Origin: Candidatus Giovannonibacteria bacterium RIFCSPLOWO2_02_FULL_43_54 | Lineage (GTDB): Bacteria; Patescibacteriota; Minisyncoccia; UBA11713; 2-01-FULL-45-33 | Direction of reading: 5' to 3' | Assembly (NCBI GenBank): GCA_001778875.1 | Contig: MFIK01000041.1 | Location: 2,033 to 66,032 of the forward strand | DNA: 64,000 bases | Part shown: piece after piece, positions 27,123-36,298 of the stretch | Layout of the letters: every line of letters begins with the position of its first letter | Position numbering within the stretch: the first letter of the stretch is position 1 | Position numbers and translations under genes: made by a program | The notes under the pieces: generated by a model | What the model saw: only the letters and a program-made list of their open reading frames with translations | Databases searched by the model: none | What the model was told of the DNA's origin: nothing

Positions 27123-27310
27123 AATCCGAACACCTTAAATCTTGTTGTAGGATAAGGAATTTCCTGTAGAGGAACGGAGAAAGCGTAGAATTTTGTTGTA
27201 TTTTATACGTTTTCTTCGTTCCTTGAAAATTAGGAATGGTTGAATTTAGCTTGCAGAATTGGTCTGCAAGTGTTCGGATTCAAATGAGACATAAGGTTTC
27301 AGGAGGAAAA
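27123..27310 (+). ncRNA. Candidate structured 5-prime leader or cis-regulatory RNA upstream of a small ORF
   Basis: 10-nt long-range complementarity ATCCGAACAC (27123-27132) with GTGTTCGGAT (27270-27279) enclosing several local hairpins (TTCCTgtagAGGAA; GCAGAattggTCTGC); an AGGAGG Shine-Dalgarno follows; no match to a riboswitch class I can recognise. Confidence 0.25.
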
Positions 27311-27526
27311 ATGAAAATCGTTAATATCCGAATATACGATTTAACTGTGTTTATGAAAGAAGATTTTTTAGAAGTACCAAACAACCTGAATGTTAGTAAA
27401 GAAAAAAAAGATTGGCAAAAATCGCAAAAGGGTTTCAATTGTCAGTCTTTTGCAGATTATTTAATCAGTAGACGAGGAGCCAAAAGAGTGAACTTAGAAG
27501 TTTATTCAACTGAATATAAACGATGA
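27311..27526 (+). CDS. Small hypothetical protein (71 aa)
   Basis: Strong Shine-Dalgarno (CAGGAGGAAAA) 6 nt upstream of the ATG; followed by a terminator. Confidence 0.4.
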   Translation: MKIVNIRIYDLTVFMKEDFLEVPNNLNVSKEKKDWQKSQKGFNCQSFADYLISRRGAKRVNLEVYSTEYKR

Positions 27527-27555
27527 GCCTCCAAATGAGGCTTTTTTGTTTTTTT
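27526..27555 (+). terminator. Intrinsic terminator AGCCTC(caaat)GAGGCT plus T-run
   Basis: Hairpin followed by TTTTTGTTTTTTT. Confidence 0.6.
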
Positions 27556-27620
27556 AACTTAAATAAACAATCTTATCCGATCGGTTGCGTTTGTTTAGTT
27601 TGATCGGATATAGTTTGATT

Positions 27621-27662
27621 AAAAAAACGGCTAAGTGGCAGGCTTAGCCGTTTGTTTTTTTT
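27621..27662. terminator. Bidirectional terminator CGGCTAAG(tggcagg)CTTAGCCG flanked by A7 and T-rich runs; overlaps the meaB stop codon
   Basis: 8-bp perfect stem with flanking homopolymers. Confidence 0.55.
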
Positions 27663-28374
27663 CTATAAATTTTTTATGGATAAAAAGTCCTTCAACGACC
27701 TCTGTGATACCCGAACCGGTTTCGGCGTTCGCAAGATATACTTTCTTTCGCCAGCCGTCATCCAGACATTGTTCGCCGAGAACCAGCTTTGCCGAGGCAA
27801 AGAATTTTTTGCCTGATCTGAAATCTTCGCGGTCGTTAACCACAAAAATATTCGCTTCTTCGCTCTGTCCGGCCTTTTCCAGATTTAAGGAGTCTCCCAG
27901 AGGCTCTATTACCTGGACGAGCGTATCAACGTGTTCGCGTATTTCAACATCGGTTTGTCCCGCTCCAGCGGTTTCGACGATAACGACATCGGAGAATAAT
28001 TTTGAATAAGCGATGATCTTGGAAAAGGAATCTGTGAGAGCAAACCCTTCTCCTCTTGTCGCGAGGCTTCTGATAAATAGTCCTTTGTCACAATCCAATT
28101 CGTCACTCCTTAAATTCCTGCGGTCTCCCAGTATTGCCCATCCTCTTTTTTTTGAGCTTGGATCAATAAGCAGAGCGACTACTCGCATGCCCTTTTTTCT
28201 GAATGATGGGATAAGCCGGCCGATAAGGGTGCTTTTCCCTGCGCCGGTAACGCCCGTGACGCCGATGACCCAGGTATCCGAGCTGTCGATATGCATTTCC
28301 ATAGTCGGATATTTTTGGAAGCAGCCGATAATATAAGCCAAAGCTTGCCTTTCAAGTATTCCTATTTTTTTCAT
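27631..28374 (-). CDS. meaB: MeaB/ArgK-type G-protein chaperone of methylmalonyl-CoA mutase
   Basis: P-loop GVTGVTGAGKSTL; LIDPSS; ETAGAGQ; 1-nt overlap (TAATG) with the mutase gene. Confidence 0.85.
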   Translation of the reverse strand: MKKIGILERQALAYIIGCFQKYPTMEMHIDSSDTWVIGVTGVTGAGKSTLIGRLIPSFRKKGMRVVALLIDPSSKKRGWAILGDRRNLRSDELDCDKGLFIRSLATRGEGFALTDSFSKIIAYSKLFSDVVIVETAGAGQTDVEIREHVDTLVQVIEPLGDSLNLEKAGQSEEANIFVVNDREDFRSGKKFFASAKLVLGEQCLDDGWRKKVYLANAETGSGITEVVEGLFIHKKFIEKKQTAKPAT

Positions 28375-30413
28375 TATTCGGCCCTCTTTTTCATGTTTTG
28401 GATGATCTCGCCGAAATCAGACGATCCCGGGACATAAATATTTTTTATTCCGAGATTTTCTTTGATATATTTTTCGTGCGCGGGAAGCATGATACCCCCG
28501 CCGATTATTTCGATGTCCGAGCCGCCGTAAGACTTCAGAGAATTTTTGAGGTCTTCAAAAAATCCGGGAACATATCCTATCAGCGCGGACAAACCGATAA
28601 AATCAACTCCTTCCTCAACCGCCGCTTTGGCTACCGCTTCGGGGGTTGTCCGAAATCCCAAATGAATGACTTCCGCTCCCATTGCCTGGAAAATATCACG
28701 GAGAATATAAAATCCGACAGTATGGCCGTCATGTCCGCCTTTTGCAAGCAAAACCCGTACCGGTCTCGGAAACCTATATCCTTTTGTAAATTTCAAAGCT
28801 TTTTTATGTGAAAAGGACGATGAAACGCCAGCAGATTCCTTTGCGGAACCCCAGACATCGCGAAGCGCTCCGCAAATTTCCCCGAGCGTTGCCGAAAATT
28901 CAACGGCTTCCTGCAAGACGGGCATCAGGCTCTCTTTTTTTTCGGCGGCTCTCCGCACTTTATCCAACGCTTTCAAAGCGCCGGTCTGATATCTTTGTTT
29001 CTTAAATTTAGACAGCCTGTCCTTTTGTTCGCTTTCGTATCCGTGCCGTTTTTCCACTTCTTCGGAAATTTCGGCCAGATCTTCATTCGCCGTGTCATCC
29101 TGTTCAAAAAAATATTTCTTATTCGGATCATTTTTCCATTGTTCAAAGGTTTCGCGGTCTGCGATGGCGTTTTCGTGGATCTTTTTTTGCGGATACAATT
29201 CTTCGATTGCCTGCACCATTCCCCCGAAACTCTCGATAACCGAAATTTCTTTTTTCGCTTCTTCGTAGATCTTTTCGGTAAGAAATTCTACCTGATAGGA
29301 GCCTGCCAGCGGGTCAACCCAGTTCGTGATGTTCGTTTCTTCAAGCAATATCTGCTGTGTGCGGATGGCCATTCGAACGCCTTTCTCCGTCGGAACGCAC
29401 AAAACCTCGTCATAAGAGTTGGTATGTATGCTCTGAACTCCTCCCAAAAGTGCGGCAAGCGCTTGATTATTTATCCGCATTAGATTTGTCAGTGGTTGAT
29501 TGCGGGTTAAGGTACATCCGGCCGTTTGAGCGTGCATCCGGCACCATAGCGACTGAAGCTTCGTGTCCTTCAAATTGTAATTTTCAGGAATCGGCATGTG
29601 GAATCTTTTATGCATGATCTCCGCCCAGAGCCTCCGCGCCGCGCGGAACTTCGCGATTTCTTCAAAAAAATCATTATGCGAATCAAAGAAAAAAGAAAAT
29701 CTCGGAGCGAATTCCTCGACCTTCAAGTCTCTTTTTAAAAGCTCCTCAACATACGCAATACCGTCCGCAAGCGTGTATGCAACTTCTTGAACCGCGGACG
29801 AACCTGCTTCGCGGATGTGATATCCGCTGATGGAAACTTTATGAAAATTAGAAGGCATCGCCATAAGATCGACCGCAAGCCGGACACCATGCTTTAGAAG
29901 ATACAAAACTTCGTTTTGGGCGATATGTTCTTTAAAAATATCGTTTTGAATAGTACCGCCCAAAGAGGAAAGTGGGATGCCGCGTTTTTTCGCAACGGCA
30001 ATATACATTGCCATGATCACGGCGGCAGGCGCGTTGATAGTCATGGAAACCGTAAGCTTGTTTATCGGTATTCCTGAAAATAATTCATCCATGTCTTCGA
30101 TCGTGTCTATTGCAACGCCGTCCCAGCCGACTTCGTGCCGCGAGAGCGGCGCATCGGAGTCGTCTCCGTATAGCGTCGGCAGGTCGAAGGCGGTTGAAAG
30201 TCCCGTGCCTCCCAAAGAAATGATTTTCTTGAATCTTTCGTTTGTGTGCCGCGCGCACCCATGCCCGGCAAATTGTCTTACCGTCGGTTTTTTATTCCGA
30301 TACATTTCCGGGAAAATCCCGCGCGTAAAAGGATATTTGCCCGGGTCGTTCAGCTTTGTCAAATAATCTATAAGCACTTCCGCCGGCCCGAAAAATCCAT
30401 TTTCAAGGGACAT
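28374..30413 (-). CDS. Methylmalonyl-CoA mutase large subunit (substrate-binding barrel plus C-terminal B12-binding domain)
   Basis: N-terminal FTRGIFPEMYRNKKPTVRQFAG...; C-terminal DxHxxG-type B12 motif LAKGGHDGHTVGF; 679 aa. Confidence 0.85.
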   Translation of the reverse strand: MSLENGFFGPAEVLIDYLTKLNDPGKYPFTRGIFPEMYRNKKPTVRQFAGHGCARHTNERFKKIISLGGTGLSTAFDLPTLYGDDSDAPLSRHEVGWDGVAIDTIEDMDELFSGIPINKLTVSMTINAPAAVIMAMYIAVAKKRGIPLSSLGGTIQNDIFKEHIAQNEVLYLLKHGVRLAVDLMAMPSNFHKVSISGYHIREAGSSAVQEVAYTLADGIAYVEELLKRDLKVEEFAPRFSFFFDSHNDFFEEIAKFRAARRLWAEIMHKRFHMPIPENYNLKDTKLQSLWCRMHAQTAGCTLTRNQPLTNLMRINNQALAALLGGVQSIHTNSYDEVLCVPTEKGVRMAIRTQQILLEETNITNWVDPLAGSYQVEFLTEKIYEEAKKEISVIESFGGMVQAIEELYPQKKIHENAIADRETFEQWKNDPNKKYFFEQDDTANEDLAEISEEVEKRHGYESEQKDRLSKFKKQRYQTGALKALDKVRRAAEKKESLMPVLQEAVEFSATLGEICGALRDVWGSAKESAGVSSSFSHKKALKFTKGYRFPRPVRVLLAKGGHDGHTVGFYILRDIFQAMGAEVIHLGFRTTPEAVAKAAVEEGVDFIGLSALIGYVPGFFEDLKNSLKSYGGSDIEIIGGGIMLPAHEKYIKENLGIKNIYVPGSSDFGEIIQNMKKRAE

Positions 30414-30508
30414 TTTTGACTGTATATTCTGCCAAAACTATAGCACCAGAACGCTTATTTGCAATAAGTGTTTTTTTGTGCTTTTCTGAAAGAAGATAGG
30501 TTCAAAAA

Positions 30509-30898
30509 ATGAGAACGATTACCAAGCATGTTCCCGCGAAAACAATCACATCGTATCAGTGTAGCAGATGTAAAACCAAATATCGGAGCAAAGCAAAGGC
30601 ACTACAATGTGAAGCCCAGATTACGGAAGAAAAAGTATTCAAAATTGGGGAGAGGGTGACTTGGTGTGAGCCTCGTCATTGCCAAAGCTATGATAAGTAT
30701 TACAAGCTTGACGGCAAAGTGAGGAAAATTCTCGGCCCAACGTTACCGGACGAGGAATATAATCTTAAATGGCTCGGTGGTAGGCTTACCGGAAAACATG
30801 TCTTTATATATAATGTTAGTTGGCGATGTCCGCATTGCAAAGAGGTTTTCGACGGCCAATTTTACTCGGCCGAACTAAAAAAAATCAAAACCCGCTAA
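30509..30898 (+). CDS. Hypothetical zinc-ribbon protein (two CxxC pairs)
   Basis: CSRCK...C and CPHCK motifs; 129 aa. Confidence 0.4.
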   Translation: MRTITKHVPAKTITSYQCSRCKTKYRSKAKALQCEAQITEEKVFKIGERVTWCEPRHCQSYDKYYKLDGKVRKILGPTLPDEEYNLKWLGGRLTGKHVFIYNVSWRCPHCKEVFDGQFYSAELKKIKTR

Positions 30899-30913
30899 GC
30901 GTAGCGGGTTTTT
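30889..30913. terminator. Hairpin AACCCGCT(aagcgt)AGCGGGTT plus T5; overlaps the stop codon of the upstream gene
   Basis: 8-bp perfect stem and T-run between convergent genes. Confidence 0.5.
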
Positions 30914-31595
30914 ATGTAAAGTTTTCTATTTTTGCTTTGAGCAAGCCAAGAAACTTGGCTGGGTCTTTTCCATCAAGCGGGCGATGATCAAAAGTTATTT
31001 TAACGTTCATCATTGGCCTTATTACAACCTGCCCCTTGTAAACGACCGGAATTTCTGTAATTCTAAACGCGCTTATCATAAATGTGTGCTCTGCGAGCAG
31101 GGCCGGCGAACCGTTGACGATGTTCGGATACACTCCTATATTATTAAAAATAATGTTTGGTTTCGGCTCAAAGTGCTGGGTTTTCAATTTACCCTCTGTG
31201 GCGATGATTGAAAGCTCTTTTATCTCCGCATTCAATTGCCAAACATTTTTGTGCTCCACATCTTTTATCGTCACAACAGTAAGGCCGTTTTTGGATTCCA
31301 TCGCGAGCCCGAAATTCAATTCGTCGTATAAAAATATTTTTGGCTCCGCCTCCTTTTTAGTAATAGGATCTTTTTTGCCATCTATCCAGACAATGTTCAT
31401 CTGGGGCATTTTACAATAAACTATTTCAGCCATCGCTGAAAGGAATATAGCGTCAATTTTAAACCCATATTGCTTTATTTCAAGGATCGCCCTTGCGTCA
31501 ACGGATACTTCGCATGATGGTCTTGGTATTGCGCCCCCCTTCATCAAGTTCCGCGCCACGGCTTTTCGAAGCTGGGAGACTTTTATTTCTCTCAT
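30912..31595 (-). CDS. 2-oxoacid dehydrogenase E2 catalytic (acyltransferase) domain protein; no lipoyl or subunit-binding domain
   Basis: Catalytic motif DHRPLDG (canonical DHRxxDG) and the CAT-like fold; 227 aa. Confidence 0.8.
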   Translation of the reverse strand: MREIKVSQLRKAVARNLMKGGAIPRPSCEVSVDARAILEIKQYGFKIDAIFLSAMAEIVYCKMPQMNIVWIDGKKDPITKKEAEPKIFLYDELNFGLAMESKNGLTVVTIKDVEHKNVWQLNAEIKELSIIATEGKLKTQHFEPKPNIIFNNIGVYPNIVNGSPALLAEHTFMISAFRITEIPVVYKGQVVIRPMMNVKITFDHRPLDGKDPAKFLGLLKAKIENFT

Positions 31596-31632
31596 GGAGC
31601 TTTTTCGTCTGCCGCAATACTAGCGCTTCCTG

Positions 31633-31663
31633 TTAAAAAATAAAACCCCGCTATTTAGCGGGG
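31633..31663 (-). terminator. Strong intrinsic terminator (CCCCGCT attt AGCGGGG plus TTTTATTTTTT on the minus strand) between the lipoyl-protein gene and the E2 catalytic-domain gene
   Basis: 7-bp GC-rich stem followed by an 11-nt T-rich tract on the coding strand of both flanking genes. Confidence 0.6.
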
Positions 31664-31921
31664 TCACTTTTCTTCAATTATACAGATAACGGCATCGTAT
31701 TTGGCCTTGTCGCCGACCTTCATAAGAATTTCAACTATTTCTCCGGTTGCGGAAGAATATATTTCAACGGCTGCTTTTGCGGTTTCAACAATAGCTATTG
31801 TCTCGTCTTTTTTTACATTTGATCCAATGCCGACCAACAAATCAACCAACTCAAATTCTTGCTCTTCTTTTCCCTCTGAACTGTCTTGCCACTCTGCCTT
31901 TATCTCAATTTTCTTTCCCAT
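31664..31921 (-). CDS. Free-standing lipoyl-domain protein (lipoyl-Lys in ETAKA)
   Basis: 85 aa; VETAKAAVEI lipoyl attachment motif; gene overlaps the E1 gene end by 22 nt. Confidence 0.7.
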   Translation of the reverse strand: MGKKIEIKAEWQDSSEGKEEQEFELVDLLVGIGSNVKKDETIAIVETAKAAVEIYSSATGEIVEILMKVGDKAKYDAVICIIEEK

Positions 31922-33963
31922 AATACGACTCCTTTTGCTGCTTTCACTATATCTTCAACTTGCGGCAGGCGCAATATTTCCAATTCTTGCCGCGCTGTTG
32001 CTGGTCCTTCTTTTGCGCCTAGACGCTCAACCGGCGCCCAGAGTTTATCAAATAGTTCCCGATTAATCAAGTCGGAAATTTCTGCCCCGACTCCAAAATC
32101 TTTTTTCGCTTCATGGATGATCAGAGCTCGCGACGTTTTATCCACGGATTCTAAAACAGCCTCTTTGTCCATCGGGACGATTGTTCTTAAGTCTAGAATT
32201 TCTGCATTTATATTATGGCTTGTTTTCAGAATTTCCGCCGCTTTTAGCGTTCGTTCAACCATTAACGCGCCGTAAGTAATCAAAGAAATATCTTCGCCGT
32301 TTTTGCGAAGAGCCGCTTTTCCGATCGGAACATAATATGGTTCTATGGGAACCAGCCCCTTTTTTGTGTAATGTTCTATTTGTTCGCAAAAAATTACTGG
32401 ATTTCCGTCAGATAGTGAGGATAGGAGCAGTCCTTTGGCGTCAAAAGCGGTTGAAGGAAAAACAATTTTCAGCCCGCCAGCATGAGCCAAAGACGATTCA
32501 ATCATTTTTTGATGTTCTTCATTTGATACGAACCCTCCTCCGCATGGCGCACGGAGAACCATTCGCAAATTTTCTCCTGTTACTGCAAAATGCGTTCCGG
32601 CAAATCTTGTGAGAAAAGCTAACCCGTATTCGGTAAACGGGAAAAATTGAATTTCGCCACAGGGAACAACACCGCTTAATGCCTGCCCAATCATAAACGC
32701 GACAATACAATTTTCATCTAACGGCATATTAAATATACGCTCGCTTCCAAATTTTTCAAATATTTTTTTGGTAATTCCGTGCACGCCGCCAAGCTCGACA
32801 TCTTCCCCGAAAATTCTGATTTTTGGATTTATATCCATGGCTTGACAAAGCGCTTCCGTAATGGCGTCCCCGTAGCGAAGCTCTCTTTCGACGCTTGCAG
32901 GCGTTGCCGGGACTTGAATGGACGGCTTGAAAGTAGGCCGGAGTTTTGATGGCGCGGTAAATTTTTTCTTAATTTCAAATGCTTTTTCTATTTTTTCTTT
33001 GGCGGCAGACAAAAGTTCCTGTTTTTTCTTTTCGTTAAAAACATCTTCTTTTTGTGAAAGAAGCAATAAAGAAAAAAGTTCCAAAGGGTTTCGGCCTTCC
33101 CATTCTCTTTTAAGTTCGCGCGGAAAATATTTCCACATTTCACCTGTTTCGTGCGCGTTGTGTCCCGACACGCGCACCGTCTGGCATTCAATAAAGTGCG
33201 GCGGATGCGGGTCTTTGGCGCTTCTGATCCGGTGCGCGGCCTCTTTGACTGTCCGCCAGACCAAAACCGTGTCATTGCCGAAAATAGTTCTGGTATGCAT
33301 CCCGTAACCGGCGGCTCTTTTGGCAAATTCCGGCTCAGGATTTTGATACTCATTCGGCGTTCGTATTGCCAGACAGTTATTGTTTAAAATAAAAATTACC
33401 GGAAGGTGTCTAGTTGAGGCCAGCTCAAAGGCCGAATGGATGTTTCCGTGCGACATTGCCCCATCACCAAAAAATGCAAGTAGAATTGGATTTTCATCGG
33501 CGCCGTTTTTATCAATATAATCGCGCAGATAATAAATTCCATCAATTACACCGGCGCCTATCGTTGTATTCGCTCCCATATCGGAAATAAATCTGATGGT
33601 GCGACGCTTGATGTCGCCGATATGAATCCCGAAGTCGTACCCGCCGTAAAGCGACTCGGCATATGCGCCATATTGAGCGATTATTTCTTCTTCGGTAATT
33701 CCCCAGATGGGAAGAGCGCAGGTTGAGCGGTGGTCTGGAGCCAACAGGTCGTAAGACGATTCCGCCGCCAACATTGCGCCGACATAGATCGCTTCTTGGC
33801 CGAGGCCTGTAAAAACTTTCAGTGGCTTGAATTCCTCTTTTCGTTCGTCGAGCATTTTTCCGAAATAGGTCATCTCGGCGAGCCGGCGATACATCAACAA
33901 ATATTCTTCAGGAGTCGGAATAAAAATCTTCCGTCTCGGGGTAAAATCCCGTGAGTGCGGCAT
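31900..33963 (-). CDS. Fused E1 alpha-beta component of a 2-oxoacid (pyruvate / branched-chain) dehydrogenase
   Basis: TPP-binding GDGAMSHGNIHSAFELA...NN in the N-terminal half; transketolase-like beta half (FGEDVELGGVHGITKK, IQFFPFTEYG); 687 aa. Confidence 0.85.
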   Translation of the reverse strand: MPHSRDFTPRRKIFIPTPEEYLLMYRRLAEMTYFGKMLDERKEEFKPLKVFTGLGQEAIYVGAMLAAESSYDLLAPDHRSTCALPIWGITEEEIIAQYGAYAESLYGGYDFGIHIGDIKRRTIRFISDMGANTTIGAGVIDGIYYLRDYIDKNGADENPILLAFFGDGAMSHGNIHSAFELASTRHLPVIFILNNNCLAIRTPNEYQNPEPEFAKRAAGYGMHTRTIFGNDTVLVWRTVKEAAHRIRSAKDPHPPHFIECQTVRVSGHNAHETGEMWKYFPRELKREWEGRNPLELFSLLLLSQKEDVFNEKKKQELLSAAKEKIEKAFEIKKKFTAPSKLRPTFKPSIQVPATPASVERELRYGDAITEALCQAMDINPKIRIFGEDVELGGVHGITKKIFEKFGSERIFNMPLDENCIVAFMIGQALSGVVPCGEIQFFPFTEYGLAFLTRFAGTHFAVTGENLRMVLRAPCGGGFVSNEEHQKMIESSLAHAGGLKIVFPSTAFDAKGLLLSSLSDGNPVIFCEQIEHYTKKGLVPIEPYYVPIGKAALRKNGEDISLITYGALMVERTLKAAEILKTSHNINAEILDLRTIVPMDKEAVLESVDKTSRALIIHEAKKDFGVGAEISDLINRELFDKLWAPVERLGAKEGPATARQELEILRLPQVEDIVKAAKGVVLWERKLR

Positions 33964-34075
33964 ATGCTGTCAAAGTGTATCTAAGGCCATCTTAATCCGA
34001 TAATGCGCGTCCGCAAGGATTGACTTGCAATAATATTTATGCTCTACTAATGAGAGACAGAATAAGGAGGTTTAC

Positions 34076-34813
34076 ATGAAGGATTTGTTGCTTAGAATGC
34101 TGCCTGCTCCTATAATCGTCTATATGGCAAGGAAAATGGAAAAATTACTTCCAAGCGAAAGGCTCGTTCAAAATAGATATTTTGAGGGCCTGAGAGTTCC
34201 TGAAAGGAAAACTCGGCATTCGGTAATTGTTGCTGCGATCGGGCTTGTCGGCTCTGGTAAGAGTACGGTTGCAAAATACCTAGCGGATTTGATTGGTGCG
34301 GTAGTAATTTCCGGAGACGAGATCCGGATTCTCCTAAGAAATGAGGGCGTTGGATATGATAAGGCGCGCCTAATCGGAGAAAATGTTTTGCGCGCTGTGA
34401 TTACTGCCGGTGGAAGTATCGTGCTCGACTCCGATTTTGTAGATAAAAATAAGCGGGAAAGTTTGCGGCAAATCGCTAAAAAAGCAGGCGCGAAGCTTTA
34501 TTTTGTCCGTACGATCTGCGATTTTGATGTGCTTTCGCAGAGAATCAGAGAAAATGATCCTGGAGAATTTTTTAATGAGGCAGAGACAAAATCGGCGTCG
34601 GTAAATCATGGCAGAGACGTGAAATTTCGTGAAATGCTTCGCCGCCTGCCTCAGCATTATAAATGGCAAAATATAAGCGGCGGAAAATTGGCCTTAAGGA
34701 AATTTCCATTTGTAACTTTCGAAACAGTTGATACAACTACGGATGCATGGAAAGACAGTATTAATTCAATTGCTGTAAGTATTTTACACGAATTACAAAA
34801 AAAGAGCGGGTAG
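34076..34813 (+). CDS. P-loop NTPase / small-molecule kinase-like protein (zeta-toxin / AAA_33-like fold)
   Basis: Walker A GLVGSGKST; 245 aa. Confidence 0.5.
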   Translation: MKDLLLRMLPAPIIVYMARKMEKLLPSERLVQNRYFEGLRVPERKTRHSVIVAAIGLVGSGKSTVAKYLADLIGAVVISGDEIRILLRNEGVGYDKARLIGENVLRAVITAGGSIVLDSDFVDKNKRESLRQIAKKAGAKLYFVRTICDFDVLSQRIRENDPGEFFNEAETKSASVNHGRDVKFREMLRRLPQHYKWQNISGGKLALRKFPFVTFETVDTTTDAWKDSINSIAVSILHELQKKSG

Positions 34814-34849
34814 GTTTCTGAAAAAAAGAAACCGCCCGCTTTTTATTTT
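34806..34849 (+). terminator. Intrinsic terminator (long bulged stem GCGGGTAGGTTTCT...AGAAACCGCCCGC plus TTTTTATTTT)
   Basis: Extended inverted repeat and T-run at the 3-prime end of the kinase-like gene. Confidence 0.6.
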
Positions 34850-35694
34850 GTATAAACCTTTGAATTATTTTTTATGAAATCAATCATCTCGTTTCGCGAG
34901 ATGAGGCCGTTTTTTTCGATCATATTTTTTAATGAGCCTGTTTGCGCGGCTTCCGTCAGGATCGACTCGAAATATTTGAGCGTGAGGCGCAAAGGTGTCA
35001 CGGGAATAAGGACGATTTGATAGCCCAAAACAAAAAGTTTTTCCGCGGTAAGATCAGACGGGGATTTTCCTCCCTCGGCCATATTTGCAGCGAGCGGGAT
35101 ATTTATGACATCTCTCCCGAATATCCGAAATTCATCTTCCGACTCCAGCGCTTCAGGGAATATTATGTCCGCTCCGGCTTGTTTGTATCCATAACCGCGC
35201 CATTTTGCTTCGGAGAGGCCGTCTGTCGCTCTTGAATCAGTTCTTGCGACAATAAGAAAATCCTGATTTTTTCTGGCGGATACCGCGGCCTTGATCTTCT
35301 TTTCCATCTCGTCTATTGGAATGATTTTTTTTGCGTCCAAATGCCCGCATCTTTTTTCTGAAGGAACTTGATCTTCTATTTGAACAGCGCTTGCTCCGGA
35401 GGCTTCAAGCGCTTTAACGGTTTTTGCGATCGATTGAAAGCCTGTATCGCAATCAACCAAAAGAGGCATATCGCTCGCGCGTCTTATTTCGCGGACTAGG
35501 CTTGTTATTCTTGCGAGCGTTATTTTCCCTTCGTCCAAAAAACCCAAAGAAGTGGAGAGCGCTGCGCCAGAAATATAACACGCCTTAAAATCTGCCTTTT
35601 CCGCAAGCAACGCTTCGATAGGGGACAAAATTCCCGGCAGGATAAGATTTTCATTCTCCGATAACAGCTCGCGGAGAGTTTTTCTTCCGGCCAT
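34843..35694 (-). CDS. Isocitrate lyase / PEP mutase family protein, 2-methylisocitrate lyase (PrpB)-like
   Basis: ILPGILSPIEALLAEKADFKACYISGAA, DCDTGF, SAVQIEDQVPSEKRCGHL motifs; start at the internal ATG (MAGRKTL). Confidence 0.7.
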   Translation of the reverse strand: MAGRKTLRELLSENENLILPGILSPIEALLAEKADFKACYISGAALSTSLGFLDEGKITLARITSLVREIRRASDMPLLVDCDTGFQSIAKTVKALEASGASAVQIEDQVPSEKRCGHLDAKKIIPIDEMEKKIKAAVSARKNQDFLIVARTDSRATDGLSEAKWRGYGYKQAGADIIFPEALESEDEFRIFGRDVINIPLAANMAEGGKSPSDLTAEKLFVLGYQIVLIPVTPLRLTLKYFESILTEAAQTGSLKNMIEKNGLISRNEMIDFIKNNSKVYTK

Positions 35695-35767
35695 TTTTAA
35701 TCTCGCAATCTGACAAAAAGAATAGCATAGCAATAATAAGAAAATCAAAAACCCGGCGGATGCCGGG

Positions 35768-36289
35768 TTATTTTTTCGGCGGATAGAGCAGTGCGTGTAT
35801 TTCATTTGGATCAGGTTCGACTCTGACTGCAAAAAATCTTGCCTCCGCGCAAATCACGCCTTTTACAACAAGTTCTGCAAAAATAGTGCAACGCCTGCTT
35901 TCTGTTTTCAGCTCTTCAACTCTGGCAAGAACAGTGATTATTTCCGAGTCAATCGGTATCGGCTTTAAATATTTTACGTAGTCGGAACCGCCGGTTACAT
36001 ACATAATGACGGGGTCGCTTGCAAAAGGACGTTTTTCAAAATCGTACCTTGCCGCAATCGCCGTCCAGATGGAATGACAGTCCATCAATGCGTATTGGAT
36101 GGCGCCATTGATTCTGCCCCTGGTAGTCGCGGTGCAAAATTTTCTAATTCGCCAATTGCAAATGGTTTCTTTGTGGTCAGGACCCACCCAATAGCTTTTT
36201 GTGACGTGAATGCCTCTTTTGTTCGCCGGTCCGCAACCAAAACAGATATTGCCCGGAAAATGTTCCTGAAAGGATTTTTCTTTTTTCAT
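35768..36289 (-). CDS. Hotdog-fold thioesterase (PaaI/4HBT family)
   Basis: INGAIQYALMDCHSIWTAIA and the C-terminal hotdog-helix region; 173 aa. Confidence 0.6.
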   Translation of the reverse strand: MKKEKSFQEHFPGNICFGCGPANKRGIHVTKSYWVGPDHKETICNWRIRKFCTATTRGRINGAIQYALMDCHSIWTAIAARYDFEKRPFASDPVIMYVTGGSDYVKYLKPIPIDSEIITVLARVEELKTESRRCTIFAELVVKGVICAEARFFAVRVEPDPNEIHALLYPPKK

Positions 36290-36298
36290 GCCGACACC

